A stretch of 64,000 bases of DNA from Octopus vulgaris. Lineage: Eukaryota. Of this stretch, positions 10,542-22,176 are shown in pieces. The first letter of the stretch is position 1. Every line of letters begins with the position of its first letter. Below the pieces are notes generated by a model. It made no database searches, was not told the DNA's origin, and saw only the letters and a program-made list of their open reading frames with translations. The position numbers and the translations under genes are program-made. The DNA is taken from assembly GCA_951406725.2 (NCBI GenBank), contig OX597826.1:18476001-18540000 (forward strand). Direction: 5' to 3'.

Positions 10542-12179
10542 TTATGTGGTGAACTCAAATCGCCAAGGGTGGGCCTTAATTTTGTGCAATCGAAGTGCAT
10601 CTGATCGCTTGCAGTTCTTGCCACAGATTTCACACGTAAATAGAACAAGGCCTGCACAAGTCTTTTCGTGCCGATTTTTATTTGTTCGAAATGTAAATGC
10701 TGCACCACACACTTTACACAATGACCGGTTATGCTCACGCTGGCTATGAGCTTCGAAGATGCCCCAGTTCTGAACTTCGAATGCACAGAAACTGCACTGA
10801 AAGTGCCCTCTTTCGTTGAAATTTGGTTTTTGGCTAATTTGGTTGCGATTATGCTGACTGGCTGATGCTCGGACTTTCCGAGACAATGCAGAGCCAAACA
10901 GCTGTGATGACATAGAAAACTTAGAAGCAGCTCGCTGAAGGGTTACCTCGTATGTTGACTTTACAGTACCACTGGACTGTACTTGGAAATTTGGAGAGGT
11001 TGAGTCTAATGGGGGGAAAGTAAGGACAGAAGAAGACTGGCTTTGCTGAATAGGTGAGCTATTTGGCAAACTATCAGCATGCTGACTTAAATCAACACCT
11101 TCTAAATTCATGTCGGATTGACCGTTCATGTTTTGGTTATTTTCATAGCCATTATCTGGTGGCTCTGGCTTCACAACAACTTCAAAATCTGGGCTTTGTT
11201 GTTCAGAGGACATGTCATTTGAGGCAGCAGAACCATCTGCTCTTAGTGAAGTCTCTGAGACGGAGGACAAAGCAGTTTCATTCTGCGTGGAGTTTTTCAT
11301 CTGCATATTCTCTGTGGTTTCATGATGACTTGCAAAAACATTCATAACCCGACTAGCTTCACTTTGGATCTGCTGTTTCCCACAAAATCCTGAACGTAAG
11401 TGATTGCGTAGGTGGCTATGGCTCCGGAACATAGCACTACACATCATGCATTTTGTAAATCGTCCTCTCTGCGACTGCAAAACGGAGGAACGGATTTTGT
11501 TCCGTTTTGAACTAGTTAGTAACTTTCCCAAGATTGAACCCTGACCCGATGCGGATGCTGCTGAGGCAGCATGAGCTGAATGAAAGCTGGGCATTATTGC
11601 AGATCCTGATGAAAACTGAGAGCTGCTACTTTGAAGTCTCATTGATGTCTCACTTTGGAGTCGCATTCTGCTTTCAGACTCGATGGTGTCAGGGAAAGCA
11701 GTTGCTCCATAAGAATTCTGCAAATGTAAGTTGTTCTCTGCAACAATGCGGCAGCTTTCATCCTTAACCCCAGGGATGTCAAGGACGGAAGAGATTTCTT
11801 GAGCAGATTCATTTCCATAGGAAAGTTCACGTTGGTTGGCATTTGAGGAAACAGATCCATCAATGCCATTGCTCATTGCATAGCTTGGATCATGCCCATT
11901 CTCCTGGCTAGACTGAGCCTGGCAGTGATTGAAGTGGTCATCATGTCTTACAGAGTGGACTGATGACTTTGGACAATTGTTCTTTGATGTGCTACTAATG
12001 CTGACGTTTCTAAGTTTCTCGTGGATCTTTACAACAATCTGATTGTCGGGTTCCTCAGTAGCAATACAGATGATACCATCAATTTCAAGGCGGCTACTAT
12101 GCTCCGAATCTAACTGCTCACAGCACAGCTTTATGACGGCATCATAGATGAGTTTGTTTAATTTCAGTTGGCCAGCCAT
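10542..12179 (-). CDS. Zinc-finger transcription factor, 545 aa: unnamed N-terminal alpha-beta-beta module, disordered S/Q/N-rich linker, 1+3 C2H2/C2HC fingers
   Basis: The only long non-repetitive ORF. ATG at 12179 in AAGATGG context. Strong acceptor ttttctctatttgcAG with the exon starting at 12225; the frame is open to the acceptor, so an N-terminal extension is possible. Fingers: CMMC..HLRSGFC (11382-11450), then CSFC..HSQREH, CKVC..HEKTC and CEIC..HKIKAH (10569-10802). Confidence 0.93.
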   Translation of the reverse strand: MAGQLKLNKLIYDAVIKLCCEQLDSEHSSRLEIDGIICIATEEPDNQIVVKIHEKLRNVSISSTSKNNCPKSSVHSVRHDDHFNHCQAQSSQENGHDPSYAMSNGIDGSVSSNANQRELSYGNESAQEISSVLDIPGVKDESCRIVAENNLHLQNSYGATAFPDTIESESRMRLQSETSMRLQSSSSQFSSGSAIMPSFHSAHAASAASASGQGSILGKLLTSSKRNKIRSSVLQSQRGRFTKCMMCSAMFRSHSHLRNHLRSGFCGKQQIQSEASRVMNVFASHHETTENMQMKNSTQNETALSSVSETSLRADGSAASNDMSSEQQSPDFEVVVKPEPPDNGYENNQNMNGQSDMNLEGVDLSQHADSLPNSSPIQQSQSSSVLTFPPLDSTSPNFQVQSSGTVKSTYEVTLQRAASKFSMSSQLFGSALSRKVRASASQHNRNQISQKPNFNERGHFQCSFCAFEVQNWGIFEAHSQREHNRSLCKVCGAAFTFRTNKNRHEKTCAGLVLFTCEICGKNCKRSDALRLHKIKAHPWRFEFTT

Positions 12180-13577
12180 CTTTGCAGGAGAAGAAATCAC
12201 AGCCAGACTGGTAAGAAACCCAGGACTGCAAATAGAGAAAATAAAAGGTTAGAATAAGGAAATATAAGGAAACAAGCATCAGAGTCAGACAATAAGTACC
12301 ACACACACACACACACACATGCACTCATACATACATACACACACACATATCAAATGGAAAGGAATTAAAGGATTACATTGGTAGATAAGAGTTGTATAGA
12401 GAGAGGCAGTGAAATGAAAATGTAGGAACAGGGAGAAGGAATATGTTGATGTTTTGACAATAAGTAAATGTTACAGAAGAGGGTAATGAGAAGGTAGAAA
12501 CAAGAGGACTACACAGAACAATGGATAAGGAGTACTTGTGATACAAATGTGAGAGAGAGACAGTCAGACAGACTGAGGCAGAAGCATAATATTCTCTAAA
12601 GTGGAAGCTTCCCCAACTGTTTCAGATCAATCAGCATAGAGTGTGGAGGATGGCAAAAATGTTGAAAATATGAATTTGCTAAGGTAAAGATTGTATAAAT
12701 ATGATAAATATAGACTAAAATTAGTAATTAGCAATCAAAGTAAATGACTATTTCTTCCTTCAACTGATAGCCCACTGGCTCAGGTTAAAAGACCAATTTT
12801 ATTTTGCATGACAAAACTTGACCACATCTCTCACAATTGACTCGGCACAAATTGAAAAGAAGTGGCCTACAGAACTCTAACTTGCCCATTTTAGTCATCA
12901 GAACTCTCTCTCCCTCTCTGATTAACTATACATTTTTCAAGCATCTTGAAAATGTCTGTAAAAAAGAGCTTCAAAAACAAAGAAGAACAAAACAACTTCA
13001 AAGAACTCAAGAGCTCTTGGATTCCAGAATAGCTACTGGAGTAAAAAGATTTGTTTCTTGTTGTTAAATTAAATGTTTCAATCAACATAATTTATTGCAA
13101 TCAGATATATCGTTTTAACTTTGATGGTTAAAACCTGCAATTATTTTGAGAACAATAATTAAATATATACACAACTTACTTCCTCGTACTGCCACCTTCT
13201 CTATCCTCCTTCACCACCCCACCTCAAAAGCATTTAATCATTGATCTGTTGAATAATCCAACCTATGCCATCATAAAATTGAAGGGGATAATGATGTACA
13301 TATACATATATAAATATATTAGGTTTGGAGATAATGTATTAGAAGAAATAAGGTACTCAGAAACCTGGATGGTTTTATATTTACAGATTTTTATTAATAT
13401 ATCACATGTTTTTATAAACCATATATAAATATATGAAGTTTTTTTGTAAAAAGCAATTGATACGGTCACAAGGTATATACATGGTGTATATAATACACAT
13501 AATATATAAGTGTGTGTATATATATATATGTATATATATATAAAAAACAAAGTTATTTTATACCACATAGGTAGAAA

Positions 13578-14057
13578 TATAGGAAAAGAAGCAGTTAAAA
13601 ATGCACTGAGAATAGTTAGATTTATTCTTTAATTATATTTAAAGCTTTAACCAGTTTCACTGTTTAGACTAATTTTCAAAAAGTTCAAATAGAAAGACGT
13701 GGTTTATGTCACAGCTGTTTTGCTTCTGACTAGTGTTTGAAGCTTGCCCTATTTTTATAGGGAGTTCATGGCTCAAATTAGTATATGTTTTAAATAGGAT
13801 TTGATTGGTAGAGGATAGTCACATGACTGGTCTTACAAATTTTTGTAGGTTCCCTACTACGTTCATTTGAGCCATGAACTCCCTATAAAAATAGGACAAG
13901 CTTCAAACACTAGTCAGAAGCAAAACAACTGTGACATAAGCCACGTCTTTCTATTTGAACTTTTTGAAAATCAGTGTAAACTGTGAAACTGGTTAACGCT
14001 TTAAATATACTAATAAAAAATATTTTAACAATTCTCAGGGCATTTTCAACTTCTATT

Positions 14058-14065
<8 letters not shown>
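13578..14065. mobile_element. Long fold-back element (about 200-bp arms, about 86-bp spacer), probably an inverted pair of Penelope-like pseudo-LTRs
   Basis: Arm 13578-13778 is the reverse complement of 13865-14065 with few mismatches in the inner part. Each arm has a decayed hammerhead-like core followed by AATAAA. The right end abuts (TA)n. Confidence 0.75.
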
Positions 14066-14100
<35 letters not shown>

Positions 14101-14129
14101 CATATACATTGTATGTGTGTGTATACAAA

Positions 14130-14475
14130 CTACAGTGCCACATGGTAGTGAGATGTGAGTCCTGAATGCAGATGATATGCAGACTTAAAAAAAACGAAAC
14201 TAGTATGCTCTGCTGGATGTGCAACAGAGCACTAGAGTATTAAGAAACAAGTTAGGCATAAGATGAACTATATGTAGCGTGCAAGAGAAGAGATTGTGCT
14301 AATTTGGTCATGTGATGTGGATGGATGAGGACAGCTGCATAAAAAAGTGGAGGTAAGTTGTAGAAGAGGGTGACCCAGAAAGACATAGGACAAAGTATCA
14401 AAGGCCAATCTCAAAACACTGAGCCTCACAAAGGAGATGACAGTCGACTGAGATATATGGTGCATTGCTGTACAA
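14130..14475 (+). mobile_element. RTE-clade LINE 3' fragment (decayed)
   Basis: Translates with stops and frameshifts to HGSE, SMLCWMC, FGHVMWMDEDSCIKK, G.PRKT and LKTLSLTKEMT, the typical post-RT C-terminus of RTE elements. Confidence 0.8.
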
Positions 14476-14595
14476 GAACCCCACCACCACCATCACAACA
14501 GAATTGATATACTAAAACCAAGGTGCCACACAAAAAGCAGTGGTGTTAGTCTTGGTGCCATGTAAAAAGCAGCCTTCAACTTTTTTCCTAACGGG

Positions 14596-14626
<31 letters not shown>

Positions 14627-14628
<2 letters not shown>

Positions 14629-15640
14629 AGGCTGAGTAAAAGGTAAGCAACGTTTTGAAATATGAAATTCACGACAATATATTTCAACAATGCGGAAATT
14701 TTATTCATCTAAGTAAGTACCATTAAAATCAACACATTTTTGCCAAGTTACAAGTTTGTTTATTCCGGTAGATGAACTCTTTGAATGCACTTTAAGCATC
14801 AGTTTGATTTTCAAACTCCTTCTCTCGCAGGAAATCATCAAGGTGCTTGAAAGAGTGGTAGTCGGTAGGAGAAAGGTCTGGGGAATAAGCTTCATAGCCA
14901 AGTTCCCTGAACTTCTGGAGCGTCCTTAGTGAAATGTGTGGTCGAGCATGAAAAGTGATTGGCTCTCCTCTGTTGACCACTCTGGGATGGAGGAGCAGCA
15001 ATTTTTCATTCATTTTGGCAATTTCATGGCAATATGTTTCTGCAGTAATGGTTTTTCCAGGTTTTAAGAAGTTATAGTGGATGAGTCCAGCATTACACCA
15101 CCAAACAGTCACCATAACCTTCTTTTTGAAGAGATCGGGTTTAGGGAAGGTTTTCAATGCTTCATTTTGGTCCAACCACTGTAAAGGATGCATTTTTTAT
15201 TATTGTACAGAATCCACATTTCATCACAAGTTACAACATGGTTGAGAAATGGATTGGTTTGAGAAGAAACAACGAACAAATTTCGCATCTGCACATTTCC
15301 TGATTTTCACTCAAATCATGTTGTATCCATTTGTCAAGCTTTTTTGATTTTCTGATCGCATGCAAATGGCTGCAAGCAGTTTTCTGGCTAACATGAAGTT
15401 CTTTTGCCAGTTCTCAAGTGGTTTTATGTGGACTTTTCTCAATGGTGATCTTTAATTGACTGTCATCAATGACAGATAGGCGTCCACTATGCTCATGATC
15501 TTCAAGGCTCAGGTCTCCACTGCAAAATAACTTAAACCACTTTTGAGCTGATCACTCACAGGTCATTTCCTCACAAAATGTTTTGTTGATATCGCAAGCA
15601 GTTTCATGGAGTTGAGAAGCAAAATTGCTCAAATATTACA
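14627..15640 (-). mobile_element. Decayed mariner (Tc1/mariner) transposon
   Basis: ORF 14792-15193: KKVMVTVWW..GLIHYNFLKPGKTITAETYC..HARPH..YSPDLSPTDYH. Frameshifted, and the 5' TIR was not found. Confidence 0.9.
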
Positions 15641-16720
15641 CTTTGACAGTTCCGTTTCTGTTGATTGTAACAATGGTGAAAAAAATATCAATGTTAATTT
15701 ATTGATGCATTTGGGCAAGTCTATGTCTGTATTGAGACAACTGCAAAAAAAAAAAAATGCACAAAAAAATCAAAACTTTGCAGTATTCCATATCCAGGGA
15801 AACAAATCTGCAATACTACATTCACACCAGAATGTGTACAACACATATAGTAAGGATAATGAAATGATGAACAAATTTTTGAAGAGCAACTGGTATTCAA
15901 TGCATTATTACAAGGAAAGAACCTCATACAGAGCAGTAGTCAGTTGGTACTTAATTCTATGCAACAAGTGCTATGTTTAAGGCTAACAATTGCACATTTT
16001 ATCCAAAACCATTTCCAGTAATTAGAATATAAATGGATGGAAAGATAGAGACCTTCAGGAATTTCCTAGCTAGTTAAAGGATAGCAGTTAAAAACGGCTG
16101 CACCACTGTGACACAGAGTAACTACACAACAACAGTGAGCAAAATATTAAGGACATGTATTGTGATTACTTTAAAGAGTTTTAAGGTTGATTTTGTTGCT
16201 ATTGTGTTTATGAGTGGGATGTATACAAAGTAAAGAGTGTGTATGAGAATACACATGCACACATACACCAAGCAAACACTGTGCAGAAGTTCAATAAATG
16301 ACTGCTGTATTGAATATACTTCACTTAAAATCAATAGTAAAATATCAACTCTGCTGTCTTTATAACAACAGCTATCACTACTATTACTGCTACTATTACT
16401 ACGATGGCCACCACCACTACCACCATTATTATCACTGATGTAATTGTTGTTATTGTAAAAATCTTTAGTACTACTGCTACCATAGTCATTATATAAGGAA
16501 CATATGAGAGGTGAACATCCATGGTAAACCATCTTAATGAGAAGCAATATTAACAATAATGTGATGAAAATTTATTTCTGGAGTCAAAAACTTTTTACAG
16601 AGTGAGTAAAAAAATTAGTTTTAGAACACCAAGAGATTTCTGGTATTTATTTCATCATGTGCCATTCTCCCAATCTTAAAACCCTTTCTAGTATAAACTT
16701 TTAAGTTTAAAACTAAAACT

Positions 16721-16918
16721 TTATGCCCCCTCCCCTAGTTCAATTTTACAGGTGGTAGAGTCCATCACCCAGTTTAACACCTGGTTCTTGAGTGTATTAT
16801 AGAGAGTACATTCTATTACAAGTATTTGAACCTCGCCTCCAATTTGAGGATAATTTCTACCCTCACCCCTATCAGTTTCAAGAGCCCTGAAAATGGTCAA
16901 GGTTCTATTTTCCTTCAG
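16721..16918 (-). CDS. Weak candidate alternative terminal exon inside the zinc-finger gene intron
   Basis: Acceptor tttgtattttattgcttagtcAG, 65 codons in phase 0 (LKENRTLTIFRALETDRGEG...IELGEGA*), minus-strand AATAAA near 15697. No homology recognised. Confidence 0.2.
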   Translation of the reverse strand: MKENRTLTIFRALETDRGEGRNYPQIGGEVQILVIECTLYNTLKNQVLNWVMDSTTCKIELGEGA

Positions 16919-17317
16919 CTGACTAAGCAATAAAATACAAACACACAAAATAAACTGGTGTCATGTCAGTCTCTTAAAATTATGACCTGTTCTTATTATA
17001 ATGGGACTTGTAAATTCAAACTGAGAACTTCAAACATTTCAAGGACCTTCAATAATCTTGATTATAATCATTGTCATTGGTCAACTTTGGTATTACATTG
17101 GTACTATGGTCAAGACAAATGTTAGAGCAGAGCAATAATATCAGAATGATAGACCCAAGTAGATATTAAACAAATACTCTATAGCAACTGCAATGGTCAT
17201 TCCTGAATGAGATTAGTAGGTCAGTGCTAAAAAGAAAGTAAAGGTCTAATGGTCAACTGAATAACAAGTCCAATACCAAATAATATCAATGAAGCAGCAA
17301 AGTTAAATATATATATT

Positions 17318-17508
17318 GGTTTCAAATTTTGGCACAAGGCCAGAAATTTTGGGGAAGGAACTAAGTTGATTAGATCAACACCAGTGCTCCACTGGTACTT
17401 ATTTTATCGACCTTTCGTGGAATTTGAATTCAGAATGTCAATACAGACAAAATGCTGCTAAGCATTTTGCCTGGCACGCTTAAGGATTCTGCCAGCTTAC
17501 CACCCCTA
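17318..17508 (-). mobile_element. SINE family B (MetaSINE-like core), partial
   Basis: Reverse complement matches the copy at 50333-50560 (GCTGGCAGAATC..., TCGATAAAATAAGTACCAG). Confidence 0.8.
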
Positions 17509-18912
17509 AGGTAATGCTAAATATTGATAGACTACAGTTTAAAACTAGACCACAACACCACTGACAGCCATTTTCAATAGACACTGCCTGCTTTTACACC
17601 ACCACCACTACTACTGTGATAAGATTTTTCATCGAACACCAGCCACCACCATTCACTGCAACAATCAAAGCACAACACCTCCACCACAACCATACACGAT
17701 GCCCCTTGCTATTATAGTGATCATGATAGAAAATGCAAGAATACTCTTAAGCTGAATAACATAGTCAATAGTGTGTGTGTGTGTGTGTGTGTCATGTACT
17801 CACATGTGGTGTGTCTGTGTGTGTGTGTACACATAAATATTACTATTAAATCAGAGAGATTCTATGCACCAGAAGTTTACATTATAGTAAAGCAGACAAT
17901 ATTTCATATTAATAAATATAGACTTGCCCCACTATACGACACAACAATGCTTACTATAACATACCACACTTCACTATAACTGCATCACGAAGCTCTATGC
18001 TATGACATATCACATAACACTATTCGAACATTACACTGTGTGTAACACATTACAACTGCACCACGAAACACTACACAATGAAGGCTAGAGTTTTCATCAA
18101 TGAAAGATTTTCCTGGCAGACACTACTTGCCATGTTAATAAGAAATCAATACATCAAATAAACAGGGTGGAGAGAGAGAGAGGGGAGGGAGGAAGCGAGA
18201 GAGAGAGAGAGAGAAAGAAAGAGAGAGAAAGAGGAAGGGAGGGGGAGGGAGAGAGAGAGCTGATCCATAACTGACTGACTATTTTCCAACTGATACTGCA
18301 GAGCTGTCTGGTGGATTGAGGTTACAGATTTTGGAAGCGCAGCATTAGGTGAGAGAAGAAAGGAAAGAAGGAGAGCAGTGTGCCAACAGAGGAGTGAGAA
18401 GGAGAGTAGAGCATGTCTGTTAATGGAAGTGGAACTTGCCAATGTTTAGCTGTTGGCCTGCTAACAGAACAGCTCTAGACATGGCTAATCATTTCTACCT
18501 TCAATGGAATAATAAACTCTCAGATATATTAGGAAAGGCTAGCACTTGTATGGAAGGCAGTTAATGATAGATATTGAACTATATTTAAACAGGTACATAC
18601 TCAACTTCTCAAGTAAGGCTAATGTTGGACTGATACTAAACCTCTAAAATATAACAAAGCTGGCTCTTGTACGTAGAAGACAGTCACTGATTTTGAATGC
18701 ATGTTGAATGAGGAGGAGGAGGAGAATTGAAATGTTTGATATTGTAGTAAAATGAAAACTAGATTGTTTATAATTGTTGATAGTTACTGATCTAAGGTTC
18801 GGAATTAAAAAACAAAAATACAATATTTCTAGTTGCCAAGTTCTCAATATCTCTAGTATATAGTACAAAGACATTTCTCATGTAGGAAGATGATGGCTAC
18901 TACTGTCTAGCC

Positions 18913-19154
18913 CAGGGGTTCTCAACCATTTTTTTACCTTTGGACCCTTTTGATTTTTATTTTACTTAAGTAGATCCTCATAGCTTTTTGACATTTAAAA
19001 AGAACCCCTTTATATTTATATAATTAAATACAAGAAATTGTATTTTTAAAAAATTGTTAAAACATTCTCTGTTATTGTAGAAGTATAAGCAATTTATGGC
19101 TACATAAATTTTAACAACAAAGTCTTATATGGACCCCCAGGGGAAGAACCACTG
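18913..19154. mobile_element. hAT (Charlie-like) MITE
   Basis: Ends CAGGGGTTCTCAACC ... AGAACCACTG. 8-bp TSD gtctagcc / gactagcc (7 of 8 match). Confidence 0.8.
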
Positions 19155-19447
19155 GACTAGCCAAATACAAACTACTAGCATATAGTGTGGAACTGCAAAT
19201 AACACTGGCATTAAGAGAGAGTTCATGAAAAGCAAATGTCACTGGCAGATGGCGACAGCGAATGCTGTGTGATGATCATCTCAGTCCTATTCCTATATCA
19301 GATGTTAATCCAACTGGTTAAATTGGACAGCAAGTCAATGGATTGGCTAGCTGCAGCAAGTAATATGAGTATTAGAAGTTAGCGGTAAAGGTGCTGAAAG
19401 TTGTCTGAAATTATGGTAGCACACAGAAACACTGGTTAAACTTGATA

Positions 19448-19843
19448 TCTTTTATCTTTTACTTGTTTTAATCGCTAGATCATGTCCATACTGGGACACC
19501 GCCTTCAAGGATTTTGGTTGAATGAATTGACTCCAATATACTCCCTTTTTTTTTTGTTTCTTTTTGAGGCCTGGTATTTATTCTACCAGTCTCTTTTGCT
19601 GAACTGCTAAGTTATGGCTATGTAAACACACCAACAATGATTGTCAACAAACATGGACAGAAAGACACACACACACACACATACATATATACAATGGTCT
19701 TCTTCCATCAACAAAAATCCACTAACAAAGCTTTTGGTTGGCCAGAGGTTATAGTAGACATCACTTGCCCAGGGTACTACATTGTGGGACTGAACTCAGA
19801 ACCATGTGGTTGGGAAGCAAATTTCTTACCACGCAGCCATGCC
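19448..19843 (-). mobile_element. SINE family A, diverged full-length copy
   Basis: Colinear similarity to 57955-58349. Confidence 0.85.
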
Positions 19844-20416
19844 TTTTGCCCATATTTTAGTTTACTACTTATCAAAAAAATCAAGACTCCTGAAATATTT
19901 TAATATTTTTCATACAGAGCTTGATTTAGTAACTCATTACATTTTTTTTTTTTATATTGTAGCAAATGTTTTACCAAGTGTACTTCCAATCTCTCCTAGA
20001 TGACTGAGTAAACAAATTCCAAAGGTCTCCGACAAAGGGAAAAAAAACTGGACCCAGTCCACATGACTCTCAAGGTTTACATAAATATCCCACCACCTAC
20101 CTAACTATGGAGAAAACCGACAACAAAAATGCCGTTTATTATGAAATTAGATAAGCGGTTTATTTTATTTATTATCAAATTAAATAATAACCTTATTAAC
20201 CAATGTAACTGACCAACCTGACATGTGCAAAAAATTCTTAATTGACTGAAATTTATCCCTTAGTTTGAAAAAGAACAAAAAAACATTGTGGTGTCCGTTT
20301 GCAATTATTTATAATTGTTATTTACTGGGAAAAAGTAGGAAAAAACTATCATTGTTATTAAAGTGGTAACAAGGAGTCAGAAAATGCTATGCTTACTGAA
20401 AATAAAATTGATGATA

Positions 20417-20568
20417 GGCATAGGAGTGGCTGTGTGGTAAGTGGCTTGCTTACCAACCACATGGTTCCAGGTTCAGTACCACTGCGTGGCACCTTGGGCA
20501 AGTGTCCTCTACTATAGCCTCAGGCCAACCAAAGCCTTGTGAGTGGATTTGGTAGACGGAAACGGAAA
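20417..20568 (+). mobile_element. SINE family A, 5' part only (tRNA-like head plus core)
   Basis: GGAGTGGCTGTGTGGTAAG...GGTTCAGTACC...CACCTTGGGCAAGTGTC...GGTAGACGGAAAC, ending at the Penelope-like sequence. Confidence 0.9.
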
Positions 20569-20573
20569 CATGC

Positions 20574-22130
20574 ATGAATGCCTTTGAAAAACGGCCAAAC
20601 AAAAGTATTCCATCAAATTTTCTCTGTAGGGAATTAAGGTCTGTGTTACAAAGTAACACAACGAAGTTTGGACAAAAATTTTATCAACAGTTGAAGGGTC
20701 GCACCATGGGTACCCCCATGGCAGTTAATTTCGCTAATGTCTTCATGATGAAATTTGAGACACAGTTACTGAAGACAATCAAATCCTTACATGGTCATGA
20801 ACCAATACTCAGGTTACGGTTCATTGATGCTGTTTGTTTTTTATTGGGAAGGATCACAGGATAGTTTAATTGACTTCTTGCATTTCTGTGACTGTTATGC
20901 TAAAAACTATGCCTTTAAGTGCAACATAAAATTTATATCTAGTTTTTCAAAAACTAGTGTTGAATTTTTGGACACAAACGTTAAGTTTTCTGGAGTCAGA
21001 ATAGTGACAGAATTATTTTGCAAGCTCATGTCATCTCACATTTACCTCCACTGCTGTTCCAATCATTCACAACATATAATTCAGTCAAAATGAATTTTCA
21101 CCGACATAGGGGATTACTGGAAATAGCAAATGAGATAGCTAAGATAAGCAAGGAAAGTTTAACCGTCACACATAATTTTAGCAAACACAATACACTAGAT
21201 GACAGTGATTAACAGGCACCGAAATTTCGCTGGCATTTCAAAAATGTTGCATAAAAGTTGCCAGCATGTTGCAGAAAAATATCCTCATTTCAAAAATATT
21301 TCCTCTGCTGCCTATTGTAACCTTTAGATGGAATAAAAATACAAGAAAATTATTGACTTCCATTTCTGATGCCAAGAAAACTAACATTGGGGTATCTGCA
21401 CGCTGTATCTTGAAAAACAGCTGCAAGAGAGGTAAGCCCTGTCTAGTGAATTCCATCAGGAATCATAAAAGAAATGTTATAATTTATACAGAAGATGGGA
21501 TATGCAGAGATTCCCATTTGGTGTTCATGGGGGAAATGCACAAAACACAACTTGATTTATGTTAATTGTACTACAGAACAATTAAACAAAAGATTTAATG
21601 GGCACAGATATAATATCAGGCAAAATAACAGCAGTTTGACAAAACTTGCCAGATATTTTGCTTCAAACGGCCACAACTTTGAAAAAGCCTTGAAAGTGCA
21701 GAATATTTTCTCAGAAAATATTCTGAATCTGCTTCACTTTCAATATTCAGCATGCATGAGGAGAAATATGTTTGTGGGTTATTAACATCATGCCCTGAAG
21801 GAATGAATAAAATGACAGGAGAATATCATCAAATTTATACAAAACTGCTTGATTTAATCTTCTTTTTCCTTTTCTTTTTTTTCTGTCGTTTTCTTTTCGC
21901 CAGTTATAAAATTGAAACTTAAAGACTGATAATGTCATTCCATCAACATGTGGACACTGATTGCTCTCGTTCATACTTTAGATTTGAATTTCTATAATTT
22001 TGAATTTTTATCACTTTTTATTTTGAATTTGACAAAGACAGGCTTGCTGTCGAAGTATTGTTCAACCAATAAAATATTTATTGCAATTGCATCGCACTCT
22101 TCATCTTGTCTGTTTTACCTTTCTGAAGAG
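20574..22130 (+). mobile_element. Penelope-like retroelement, 5'-truncated and decayed: RT, GIY-YIG endonuclease, pseudo-LTR
   Basis: FYQQLKGRTMGTPMAVNFANVFM, RFIDAV (decayed YIDD-type motif), VEFLDT and YLHCCSNH, then KCTKHNLIYVNCTTEQLNKRFNGH (GIY-YIG-like). Frameshifted. The 3' end has a hammerhead-like remnant and AATAAA (22029-22073). Confidence 0.9.
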
Positions 22131-22176
22131 TTACGTCAATCCTTTTAAAATATTATTATTATTATTATTATTATTA

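Noticed and set aside
10450-11869. Alternative-frame and antisense ORFs overlapping the zinc-finger exon
   Set aside because: Short shadows of the real CDS with no recognisable motifs.
16122-16556. 144-aa minus-strand ORF with N/S/G runs
   Set aside because: It derives from degenerate trinucleotide repeats, with no splice or domain support.
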